In this document: piece by piece, positions 30,195-39,094 of the stretch
Layout: the number at the start of each line of letters is the position of its first letter
Position numbering within the stretch: position 1 is the first letter of the stretch
Origin: Rhodoferax sp.
Lineage (GTDB): Bacteria; Pseudomonadota; Gammaproteobacteria; Burkholderiales; Burkholderiaceae_C
Assembly (NCBI GenBank): GCA_028711355.1
Contig: JAQTSL010000001.1
Span: 1 to 40,345 of the forward strand
DNA: 40,345 nt
Reading direction: 5' to 3'
The notes under the pieces: model-generated
What the model was told of the DNA's origin: nothing
Seen by the model: the letters and a program-made list of their open reading frames with translations, nothing else
Database searches by the model: none
Made by a program: the position numbers and the translations under genes

Positions 30195-30860
30195 ATGGAT
30201 ATCCAAATTCTGCCAGCCAAGCAAGCCACCGAAGTCCGTCAAGCCGGTCTGATCGCAGCGGCGCTCAAACTGGCCGCGCAGTGCAGCCCGGCTGACATCA
30301 CCACCACTGACCTGGCGCGCGAGGTAGGCATTACCCAAGGTGCCGTGTTCAAGCACTTTGCCAGCAAAGAGGCCATCTGGCTGGCCGCCATGGACTGGGT
30401 GACCGTGACGCTGATGACGCAGCTTGAGGCCGCAGCGGCCACAGCAAAATCAGACGCTCAGGCGCAAACATCATCAAGCTTTCGCGACGCTTGGCCGCTG
30501 GCGGCTTTGCGAGCTGTCTTTCTGGCACATGTGGACTTTGTGGTGTGCAACCCTGGCGTGCCACGATTGGTATTTCAGGAACTGCAACGCCCCGACGACA
30601 GTGAACTTAAATCCCGGGTGCGTTTGCAAATGACGCGCTATCGCACGCTGTTGATGCATTTGCTGGTACAGGCAAAAAAATTGGAACTTATAGCGCCTGA
30701 CGCAGATATGGAGAGCGCTAGCGTGCTTTTTATTGGGTCAATTCAAGGCCTGGTCATGCAGTCGCTCATTACCGCCAACGTGTCGGCCATGGCCAAGCAA
30801 GCCCCCAAGGTGTTTGGCATCTTTGCACGCGGTGTGTTTGTCAACCACCCTTCTTTTTGA
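30195..30860 (+). CDS. TetR/AcrR-family regulator
   Basis: HTH ITTTDLAREVGITQGAVFKHFASKE. Confidence 0.92.
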   Translation: MDIQILPAKQATEVRQAGLIAAALKLAAQCSPADITTTDLAREVGITQGAVFKHFASKEAIWLAAMDWVTVTLMTQLEAAAATAKSDAQAQTSSSFRDAWPLAALRAVFLAHVDFVVCNPGVPRLVFQELQRPDDSELKSRVRLQMTRYRTLLMHLLVQAKKLELIAPDADMESASVLFIGSIQGLVMQSLITANVSAMAKQAPKVFGIFARGVFVNHPSF

Positions 30861-30877
30861 TTTTTGAAAGTTACCCC

Positions 30878-32074
30878 ATGTCATCCAAATCTCTTGTATT
30901 TCGTCGTCTGGCCATTGGCGCAGCCGCGCTGGTGCTGATTGGTGGCATCGCTTTTGTGTCGCTGCGCACCGGCCCACTAGCACCCATCAAGGTCACCGCG
31001 GCCAGCCCGGTGGAGGGCAGCCTGAGCCCGGCCATTTTCGGTATTGGCACGGTCGAGGCCCGGCGCAGTTGGATGGTCGGACCCACGGTGGCCGGGCGTG
31101 TGCTGAGTGTCAAGGTGGACGTGGGTGACAGCGTCAAGGCCGGGCAACTGCTGGCTGAGATGGACCCGGTGGATTTTGGCCAACGCCTGGCTGCGCTGGA
31201 TGCGTCGCTGGCGCGCGCCGGCAGTGGTCAAGCCGCCGCGCAGGCCCAATTGCAGGACGCCAAGGCGCGCAGCATGCTGGCCGCCACCAACACCCAACGC
31301 AACCAGGGCCTGGCGCGGCAAAACTTCATCAGCCCCGGCGCGCTCGATGCCGTGTTACAGACCCAGGCCTCAGCCAACGCAGCCGTGCAGGCGGCGCAAG
31401 CCAACCTGGTCGGTGCCGGCCAGGACCTGACCCGCCTGAAAGCTGAGCGCGCGGCGCTGGCGCAACAGCGCGACAACGTGCGCCTGTTCGCCCCGGCCGA
31501 CGCGGTGGTGACCACACGAGATGCCGAAGCCGGCAGTACCGTGGTGGCAGGCCAGCCGGTGCTGCGCCTGATAGATCCGGCCAGCCTGTGGGTCAAGCTG
31601 CGGGTGGACCAGGGCCGATCAAACGGCTTGGCCACCGGTGTCAAGGCCAGCATCGTGCTGCGCTCCAACCCACAAACCACGTTGCCAGGCCAAGTAGCAC
31701 GCATCGAGCTGCTGGCCGACAGCGTGACCGAAGAGCGCATTGCCCAGGTGGCGTTTGACGCACCGCCCAGCGGTTTGTCGGTCGGTGAAATGGCCGAAGT
31801 CACGTTGCGACTGTCCGCCACCGCACCCGCGCTGCTGCTGCCCAATGCCGCCATCCAGCATCAACAAGGCCAAAACGGGGTCTGGCTTATCAAGGCCGGC
31901 AAACCTGAGTTTGCGGCGGTGCAATTGGGCACCCAAAGCCTGGACGGTCAGGTGCAGGTGCTCAAGGGCCTCGACAAAACCAACCAGGTGGTGATCTACA
32001 GCCAAAAAGCCCTGAGCAGCGGCGCACGCATTTCGGTGGTGGATGCACTGGTCAAGCCCGAGGCCAAGCCATGA
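30878..32074 (+). CDS. Periplasmic adaptor (HlyD/MacA-like membrane fusion protein)
   Basis: N-terminal TM helix, GRVLSVKVDVGDSVKAGQLLAEMD lipoyl-like motif, coiled coil. Confidence 0.9.
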   Translation: MSSKSLVFRRLAIGAAALVLIGGIAFVSLRTGPLAPIKVTAASPVEGSLSPAIFGIGTVEARRSWMVGPTVAGRVLSVKVDVGDSVKAGQLLAEMDPVDFGQRLAALDASLARAGSGQAAAQAQLQDAKARSMLAATNTQRNQGLARQNFISPGALDAVLQTQASANAAVQAAQANLVGAGQDLTRLKAERAALAQQRDNVRLFAPADAVVTTRDAEAGSTVVAGQPVLRLIDPASLWVKLRVDQGRSNGLATGVKASIVLRSNPQTTLPGQVARIELLADSVTEERIAQVAFDAPPSGLSVGEMAEVTLRLSATAPALLLPNAAIQHQQGQNGVWLIKAGKPEFAAVQLGTQSLDGQVQVLKGLDKTNQVVIYSQKALSSGARISVVDALVKPEAKP

Positions 32075-33264
32075 TCAGCCTCGCCGGACGCGACATTCTG
32101 CACGGCTGGGGCAAGTTCGCCCTGACCGGGCTCGGGCTCGGGCTGTTGATTGGCGTGACGCTTTCAATGGCCGGCATCTACCGTGGCATGGTGGACGACG
32201 CGCAAGCCCTGCTGTCCAACAGTCAGGCCGATTTGTGGGTGGTGCAAAAAGACACCCAGGGCCCGTATGCCGAGGCATCGAGCATCAAGGACGATGTGGT
32301 GCGCAGCGTGCGCGGCATGCCAGGCGTGGCGCAAGCGGCCAACGTGACCTACCTCACCATGCAGGTGCAGCGCCCCAGCGGTGAAGAGGCCCGCACCATG
32401 GTGGTGGGTGTGGAGCCGGAGAAGCCCGGTGCGCCGGGTTACCTGGCGGCCGGGCGCCAGCTCACGCGCGACCACTATGAAGCGGTGGCCGACATCAAAA
32501 CCGGCCTCAAATTGGGCGATGCGGTGCGGGTGCGCCGCCACAGCTACACCGTGGTCGGCCTGACCCAGCGCATGGTGTCCTCGGGCGGCGACCCGATGCT
32601 GTTTGTACCGCTGAAAGACGCGCAGGAAGCGCAATTTTTAAAAGACAACGACTCCATTCAAAATGACCGCACCCGCACTGCCGCCAATCCGGCTTTCAAC
32701 CGCCCCGGTGTGCCCGGCCTGCTCGATGCAGTGCAAGCCCTGCAAACCAGCAGCCACAACGTCAACGCGGTGCTGGTGCAGTTGCAACCCGGCTGGCAGC
32801 CTGACGACGTGGCCGATGCCCTAAAGCGCTGGAAACACGTGCAGGTCTATACCCGCGCGGGCATGGAAGAGATATTGGTGGCCAAGTTGATTGCAACGTC
32901 GGCCCGGCAAATCGGCATGTTCCTGGCCATTCTGGCGGTGGTGAGCGCGGCCATTGTGGCTTTCATCATCTACACCATGACACTGGGCAAAATCCGCGAA
33001 ATTGCCGTTTTGAAGCTCATCGGCACGCGCAACCGCACCATTGCCGGCATGATCTTGCAGCAGGCGCTGGGTCTGGGGCTGATCGGCTTCATGGTAGGCA
33101 AAATCGCCGCCACCGTGTGGGCGCCGATCTTTCCCAAATACGTGTTGCTGATGCCGCGCGATGCCGTCACCGGACTGGTCGCCACGCTGCTCATTTGCGC
33201 CTTGGCCAGCACACTGGCGATTCGGGTGGCCCTCAAGGTCGATCCGGCCGCAGCGATTGGATGA
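32071..33264 (+). CDS. MacB/FtsX-type ABC permease
   Basis: N-terminal TM helix, large periplasmic domain, REIAVLKLIG, three C-terminal TM helices, LKVDP. Confidence 0.9.
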   Translation: MISLAGRDILHGWGKFALTGLGLGLLIGVTLSMAGIYRGMVDDAQALLSNSQADLWVVQKDTQGPYAEASSIKDDVVRSVRGMPGVAQAANVTYLTMQVQRPSGEEARTMVVGVEPEKPGAPGYLAAGRQLTRDHYEAVADIKTGLKLGDAVRVRRHSYTVVGLTQRMVSSGGDPMLFVPLKDAQEAQFLKDNDSIQNDRTRTAANPAFNRPGVPGLLDAVQALQTSSHNVNAVLVQLQPGWQPDDVADALKRWKHVQVYTRAGMEEILVAKLIATSARQIGMFLAILAVVSAAIVAFIIYTMTLGKIREIAVLKLIGTRNRTIAGMILQQALGLGLIGFMVGKIAATVWAPIFPKYVLLMPRDAVTGLVATLLICALASTLAIRVALKVDPAAAIG

Positions 33265-33995
33265 TCACCATGAACACACACAATACTGACGCTGGTGGCA
33301 TCCGCATTGAGGGCCTGCGCAAGGTCTATGGCCAGGGTGACAGCGCCGTCGAGGCCCTGAAAAATGTCAACATGGTGGTGGCACCGGGTGAGGTGGTGGG
33401 CCTGGTCGGCCCCTCGGGTTCGGGCAAGAGCACACTGCTCAAATGCCTGGGTGCCATCACCCCGCCCACGTCGGGGCGCATGACGCTGGGCAGCGACGTG
33501 ATTTACGACAACGGCTGGAAAGTGCCCGACCTGCGCGCGCTGCGGCGTGACCGAATTGGGTTTATTTTTCAGGCGCCCTACCTGATTCCGTTTTTGGATG
33601 TGACCGACAACGTGGCGCTGCTGCCCATGCTGGCCGGTCGTGCCAACCCTGAGTCACGCGCCCGCGCGCTGGAACTGTTGACCGCACTCGACGTGCAGCA
33701 CCGCGCCAAAGCCGAGCCCTCACAACTCTCGGGCGGCGAACAGCAACGGGTGTCGATTGCCCGGGCGCTGGCCAACCGCCCGCCGGTCATCCTGGCGGAC
33801 GAACCCACCGCGCCACTGGACAGCGAGCGCGCCTTTGCCGTGATGCGCATCCTGACGCAGATGGCGGTGCAGTTTCAGGCGGCCATTATTGTGGTGACAC
33901 ACGACGAAAAGATCATTCCCACCTTCAAGCGGATCTACCACATCCGCGACGGACAAACCATAGAAGAAGCGGGTGAGGGGCGTTCGCTGGATTGA
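33261..33995 (+). CDS. ABC transporter ATP-binding subunit (LolD/MacB-like)
   Basis: GPSGSGKS, LSGGEQQRV, ILADEPT, VVTHD; ATGA overlap with the permease. Confidence 0.93.
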   Translation: MITMNTHNTDAGGIRIEGLRKVYGQGDSAVEALKNVNMVVAPGEVVGLVGPSGSGKSTLLKCLGAITPPTSGRMTLGSDVIYDNGWKVPDLRALRRDRIGFIFQAPYLIPFLDVTDNVALLPMLAGRANPESRARALELLTALDVQHRAKAEPSQLSGGEQQRVSIARALANRPPVILADEPTAPLDSERAFAVMRILTQMAVQFQAAIIVVTHDEKIIPTFKRIYHIRDGQTIEEAGEGRSLD

Positions 33996-34038
33996 CGTCG
34001 AAGTGGCGACGCGCTGAACCATTTTATTGATAAAAAAA

Positions 34039-34086
34039 GCTTTTAGCCATTATGAAATAAGCGTTAAAAGCTACTTAAACAATAGC
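34039..34086 (-). repeat. Fixed-spacing AT-rich element, copy B (intergenic)
   Basis: Minus strand reads GCTATT-gtttaa-GTAGCT-N19-TGGCT-aaaagc followed by a T tract. Confidence 0.7.
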
Positions 34087-34116
34087 GTCCTCAGCCGATT
34101 CAATCGATACGGCAGT

Positions 34117-34461
34117 TCATACCGCTGAGCGCGTACGCAGCCAGTCTCGCATGGCCGCATTCACTCGCGTCTGCCAGCCTTTGCCGCTGGCCTTCAGCGC
34201 GGCAAGCACATCCGCGTCAAAACGGATGGTGGTGGGCACCTTGAGCGGCTTGTCTTTGGGGCCGCGCTGGCGCATGGCGCACAGTTGGGCGTACACCTCG
34301 GGCGAAAAGAACTCACTGGCGGGCTTGGCGCGGGCAAACCACGCGTCGTCAAGTTCAAAAGTATCCGGGTCGGCTGCAATGCCGGCGTTGATCTGGGCTT
34401 CTTCTTCTGGTGTGGGCATGATGATGATGCGCCCAGAACGAGTTTTAATGGTTTCTTGCAT
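34117..34461 (-). CDS. brnA: BrnA antitoxin
   Basis: RGP...K..TTIRFDADVL..LKASGKGWQTRVN..MR signature. Confidence 0.9.
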   Translation of the reverse strand: MQETIKTRSGRIIIMPTPEEEAQINAGIAADPDTFELDDAWFARAKPASEFFSPEVYAQLCAMRQRGPKDKPLKVPTTIRFDADVLAALKASGKGWQTRVNAAMRDWLRTRSAV

Positions 34462-34714
34462 AACGTTTTACCTCTCGTGGATTGGCTTTTCTGAGACTGA
34501 TCAGACGGATTTTGGTTTCACGGAAACAAAAAATCAGCACATGCACGCGCTGAGCAATCAGCCCCGTCGCAACAAACCGTGTCTCGCTGTAGCTTCGACG
34601 GGAATCCTGCTCTATCTGGGCAGTTCCCCAATCAAAACTCTCCGCCAACTCAAACCACACCAGATGCTTGGTGACGTTTTCAGCCAGTTTTTTCGGATCA
34701 TGTTCGTAGCGCAT
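34445..34714 (-). CDS. brnT: BrnT toxin
   Basis: D..K...N..KH...F, D.R..YSETR...G, IRLISLRKANPRE. Confidence 0.9.
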   Translation of the reverse strand: MRYEHDPKKLAENVTKHLVWFELAESFDWGTAQIEQDSRRSYSETRFVATGLIAQRVHVLIFCFRETKIRLISLRKANPREVKRYARNH

Positions 34715-34819
34715 ATTGTTATTGTATTAACGTTAAGGCAACCCCGCAGCCTGCACCGACTCCTGTTCGCGCACCGAGTCGGGAAAAACGCCGTCAACAC
34801 GCAATCAGCAGCACTGAAA

Positions 34820-34859
34820 TAGTTCTTACGAACTACGCCACAAGCCCCCCGATAGTTCG
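34820..34859 (+). promoter_or_regulatory. 7-2-7 inverted heptamer site plus a third heptamer upstream of the second narG
   Basis: TAGTTCT-TA-CGAACTA (34820-34835) and TAGTTCG (34853-34859); same 33-bp offset as the site at 26311. Confidence 0.65.
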
Positions 34860-35013
34860 ACAAACCCGCTTGAACTGTACTTCAGAGGGATACCGCCCAA
34901 GGCGCGCCAAACCTACAGTAATGGCACACCACAACGGCGCCATGCAACACAGAAATGTACAAGGCAGACGATGCAAACAAGCGTGTCATTCAACGCTAAA
35001 AAACTCTTCTGAT

Positions 35014-35061
35014 GCTTCATTTTAAATAGCTTATTGCGGTTGAATGATAAGGGCTAGAGCC
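35014..35061 (+). repeat. Fixed-spacing AT-rich element, copy C (narG leader)
   Basis: GCTTCA-ttttaa-ATAGCT-N19-GGGCT-agagcc followed by a T tract. Confidence 0.7.
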
Positions 35062-35092
35062 CGTTTTGTTACAAATTTTCAAGAGGACACCC

Positions 35093-38000
35093 ATGAGCCA
35101 CTTTCTTGACCGACTCACTTATTTCTCGCAACCCAGGGAATCTTTCTCTGGCGAACACGGCATCACCACCGGCGAGGACCGCACCTGGGAAGATGCCTAC
35201 CGCGACCGCTGGGCGCACGACAAAATTGTGCGCAGCACGCACGGCGTGAACTGCACCGGCTCTTGCAGCTGGAAGATTTACGTCAAAGGCGGCATCGTCA
35301 CCTGGGAAACCCAGCAAACCGACTACCCACGCACGCGCTGGGACATGCCCAACCACGAGCCGCGCGGCTGCGCCCGCGGTGCCAGCTATAGCTGGTATTT
35401 GTACAGCGCCAACCGCGTCAAATACCCGATGGTGCGCGGCGGTTTGCTCAAGCTCTGGCGCGAGGCGCGCCTGCGCCAAGCGCCAGTAGAAGCCTGGGGC
35501 AGCATTGCACTCGACGAGGCTAAGCGCAAAAGCTACCAGACCCAGCGCGGCATGGGCGGCTTTGTGCGCTCCAGCTGGGACGAGGTCAACGAAATGGTGG
35601 CCGCAGCCAACGTCTTCACCATCAAGCAATATGGCCCCGATCGCATCATCGGCTTCTCGCCCATTCCGGCCATGTCCATGGTCAGCTACGCCGCTGGCGC
35701 ACGCTATCTGGGCCTGATTGGCGGCGTGCCGCTGAGTTTTTACGACTGGTACTGCGACCTGCCCCCGGCCAGCCCGCAAATCTGGGGCGAGCAGACCGAC
35801 GTACCCGAGTCGGCCGACTGGTACAACTCGTCATACATCATCGCCTGGGGCTCCAACGTGCCGCAAACGCGCACGCCGGATGCGCACTTTTTCACCGAGG
35901 TGCGCTACAAAGGCACCAAAACGGTGGCCGTGACACCCGACTACTCTGAAGTGGCCAAACTCTCCGACATCTGGATGAAGCCCAAGCAGGGGACGGATGC
36001 CGCTGTGGCCATGGCCATGGGGCACGTGATTCTGAAAGACTTTTACTTCCCCGAGCACGGCCAGCGCAGCGCCTACTTTGACAACTACGTGCGCCGCTAC
36101 ACCGACATGCCCATGTTGGTCATGCTCAAAGAAAAAGTCTTGCCCAATGGCGAAACGGTCATGGTGCCAGACCGCTACGTGCGCGCCTCGGACTTCAATG
36201 GCAAGCTCGGTGCCGCCAACAACCCCGAGTGGAAAACCGTCGCGCTGGACATGAGCGGCAAAGTGGTGCTGCCCAACGGTGCGATTGGTTTCCGCTGGGG
36301 CGCAGATGGCCGTGCCGACCAGGGCCAATGGAACCTGGAAGCCAAAGAAGCACGCCATGGCGCAGAGGTCAAACTCAAGCTCACCGTGCTCGAAGGCGAT
36401 GCGCCCAGCAGCGAAACGGCCAAAGTGGGCTTTCCGTACTTTGGCGGCATTGTGTCTGAGCACTTTCCCAACAACGCCACCGGCGATGCCGCCAACAACG
36501 TGCTGGTGCGTACCGTACCGGTGCAACGCATCTCGCTGGGCAAAGAAGGTGAGCAACGCGAAGCGCTGGTCGCCACCGTGTTCGACCTGCAAGTGGCCAA
36601 CTACGGCGTAGCGCGTGGCCTGCCGGGCGAAATGGCAGCCATTGACTTCAACGACGACACGCCTTACACCCCCGCATGGCAAGAGCGCATCACCGGCACG
36701 CCGCGCGAGCAACTCATCACCGTGGCACGCCAGTTTGCCGAAAACGCCGACAAGTCACACGGCAAGTCGATGGTCATCATTGGTGCGGCCATGAACCACT
36801 GGTTCCATGCCGACATGAACTACCGTGGTGTCATCAACATGCTGATGCTGTGCGGTTGTATTGGCCAGAGTGGTGGCGGCTGGGCGCACTATGTGGGCCA
36901 GGAAAAGCTGCGCCCGCAAACCGGCTGGACGGCGCTGGCCTTTGCGCTGGACTGGATTCGCCCGCCCCGGCAAATGAACGGCACCAGCTTTTTCTATGCC
37001 CACACCGACCAGTGGCGTTATGAGACCGTGGGCGTGGATGAAATCTTGTCCCCATTAGCCGACAAAGCCAAGTTTGGCGGCAGCATGATTGACTACAACG
37101 TGCGTGCCGAGCGCATGGGCTGGCTGCCCAGCGCACCGCAGCTCAAAACCAACCCGCTTGAGGTGGTACGCGCTGCCGAAGCCGCCCACATGGAGCCCAA
37201 AGACTATCTGGTCAAGGGCTTGAAGGACGGCAGCCAGGTCATGAGCTGCGAAGACCCGGATCACCCCAACAACTGGCCGCGCAACCTGTTCGTCTGGCGC
37301 AGCAACATTCTGGGCTCCAGCGGCAAGGGGCACGAGTACTTTTTGAAGCACCTGCTGGGCACCAAAAATGGCGTGCAAGGCAAAGACCTGGGTTCTGAAG
37401 AGGGTCGCCCAAAAGAAGTGGTCTGGCATGACCAAGCGCCAGAGGGCAAGCTCGACCTGGTGGTCACGCTGGACTTTCGCATGAGCACCACCTGCCTGTA
37501 CTCTGACATCGTGCTGCCATCGGCCACCTGGTACGAAAAGAACGACATGAACACCAGCGACATGCATCCGTTCATTCACCCCCTGTCCGCTGCGGTGGAT
37601 CCGGCCTGGCAATCGCGCAGCGACTGGGAAATCTACAATGGCTTTGCCAAGAAGTTCAGTGAGCTGTGCGTCGGCCACCTGGGAGTTGAAAAAGACCTGG
37701 TGCTTACGCCCATCATGCACGACAGCCCGGCCGAACTGGCGCAACCGTTTGGCGTGCAAGAGTGGAAAAAGGGCGAGATTGAGCTGATTCCAGGCAAAAC
37801 CGCGCCCAGCTTTGCTGTGGTGGAGCGCGACTATCCCAACGTGTACAAGCGTTTCACGGCTGTCGGCCCGCTGATGAACAAGGTGGGCAACGGTGGCAAG
37901 GGCATCAGTTGGGACACCAAGATTGAAGTCACGCAGCTCGGCCAGCTCAATGGCTTGGTCACAGAGGCGGGCGTGACCTGCGGCATGCCCAAGATTGAGA

Positions 38001-38884
38001 GCGACATCGATGCCTGTGAAGTGATTTTGCAGTTGGCTCCGGAAACCAATGGCCACGTGGCGGTGAAAGCCTGGGAAGCCTTGGGCAAACAAACCGGGCT
38101 CGACCACACCCACCTGGCGATTCACCGCGAAGACGAAAAAATCCGTTTCCGCGATATCCAGGCGCAGCCGCGCAAGATCATCAGCTCGCCCACCTGGAGC
38201 GGCATCGAGAGTGAAACCGTGTCGTACAACGCCGGTTACACCAACGTGCACGAAATGATCCCATGGCGCACCCTGACCGGGCGTCAGCAGTTCTATATGG
38301 ATCACCCGTGGATGACGGCGTTTGGTGAAGGCTTTACCAGCTACCGCCCACCGGTGGACTTGAAGACCACCCACGCCATGCAAGACCGCAAGCCCAATGG
38401 CAACAAAGAGATTGCGCTGAACTTCATCACGCCGCACCAAAAGTGGGGCATTCACAGCACCTACAGCGACAACCTGCATATGTTGACCCTGAGCCGTGGC
38501 GGCCCGATTGTCTGGATCAGTGAAGACGACGCCAAAGCAGCGGGCATTGTTGACAACGACTGGATTGAGCTGTTTAACCTGAACGGTGCCCTGGTAGCGC
38601 GTGCCGTGGTCAGCCAGCGCGTGCCGGGCGGCATGTGCCTGATGTACCACGCGCAGGAAAAACTGGTCAACATGCCCGGCTCGGAGATCACCGGGGGGCG
38701 TGGCGGCATCCACAACTCGGTCACCCGCATCGTGCTGAAACCGACCCACATGATTGGCGGCTACGCGCAGTTCAGCTACGGCTTCAACTACTACGGCACC
38801 ATTGGCACCAACCGCGACGAGTTTGTGGTGCTGCGCAAGATGAACAAGGTGGACTGGCTCGATGACGAAGGGAGCGCGGCATGA
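35093..38884 (+). CDS. narG: Respiratory nitrate reductase alpha subunit (system 2, canonical proteobacterial type)
   Basis: MSHFLDRL, RSTHGVNCTGSCSW, EPRGCARG, QTDVPES, GGWAHYVGQEK, TPHQKWGIHSTY; AGAGGA RBS. Confidence 0.97.
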   Translation: MSHFLDRLTYFSQPRESFSGEHGITTGEDRTWEDAYRDRWAHDKIVRSTHGVNCTGSCSWKIYVKGGIVTWETQQTDYPRTRWDMPNHEPRGCARGASYSWYLYSANRVKYPMVRGGLLKLWREARLRQAPVEAWGSIALDEAKRKSYQTQRGMGGFVRSSWDEVNEMVAAANVFTIKQYGPDRIIGFSPIPAMSMVSYAAGARYLGLIGGVPLSFYDWYCDLPPASPQIWGEQTDVPESADWYNSSYIIAWGSNVPQTRTPDAHFFTEVRYKGTKTVAVTPDYSEVAKLSDIWMKPKQGTDAAVAMAMGHVILKDFYFPEHGQRSAYFDNYVRRYTDMPMLVMLKEKVLPNGETVMVPDRYVRASDFNGKLGAANNPEWKTVALDMSGKVVLPNGAIGFRWGADGRADQGQWNLEAKEARHGAEVKLKLTVLEGDAPSSETAKVGFPYFGGIVSEHFPNNATGDAANNVLVRTVPVQRISLGKEGEQREALVATVFDLQVANYGVARGLPGEMAAIDFNDDTPYTPAWQERITGTPREQLITVARQFAENADKSHGKSMVIIGAAMNHWFHADMNYRGVINMLMLCGCIGQSGGGWAHYVGQEKLRPQTGWTALAFALDWIRPPRQMNGTSFFYAHTDQWRYETVGVDEILSPLADKAKFGGSMIDYNVRAERMGWLPSAPQLKTNPLEVVRAAEAAHMEPKDYLVKGLKDGSQVMSCEDPDHPNNWPRNLFVWRSNILGSSGKGHEYFLKHLLGTKNGVQGKDLGSEEGRPKEVVWHDQAPEGKLDLVVTLDFRMSTTCLYSDIVLPSATWYEKNDMNTSDMHPFIHPLSAAVDPAWQSRSDWEIYNGFAKKFSELCVGHLGVEKDLVLTPIMHDSPAELAQPFGVQEWKKGEIELIPGKTAPSFAVVERDYPNVYKRFTAVGPLMNKVGNGGKGISWDTKIEVTQLGQLNGLVTEAGVTCGMPKIESDIDACEVILQLAPETNGHVAVKAWEALGKQTGLDHTHLAIHREDEKIRFRDIQAQPRKIISSPTWSGIESETVSYNAGYTNVHEMIPWRTLTGRQQFYMDHPWMTAFGEGFTSYRPPVDLKTTHAMQDRKPNGNKEIALNFITPHQKWGIHSTYSDNLHMLTLSRGGPIVWISEDDAKAAGIVDNDWIELFNLNGALVARAVVSQRVPGGMCLMYHAQEKLVNMPGSEITGGRGGIHNSVTRIVLKPTHMIGGYAQFSYGFNYYGTIGTNRDEFVVLRKMNKVDWLDDEGSAA

Positions 38885-39093
38885 ATCTGGCTGCGTTATT
38901 TCCAGCTCCTCAGGCGCTGACCCGCAGCGCACGTCGGGTATCCGACTCCGCGAATGTCCCCCGGTTTGGGCAGAGCTCAAACCTCCTCCTTTATTTCGCT
39001 ACGTCAGACACCCAACGCACGCTGCTAAGCGTTATCGGGGATATCTCGTGGTTAAGGAGTTCAACAGTTTTGGTGAATGAAAGAGAGATTTGA
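38881..39093 (+). other. ~210 bp spacer or possible 70-aa ORF between narG and narH
   Basis: The ATG overlaps the narG stop and the TGA ends 1 bp before the narH ATG; atypical codons and no recognisable family. Confidence 0.3.
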
Positions 39094-39094
39094 A

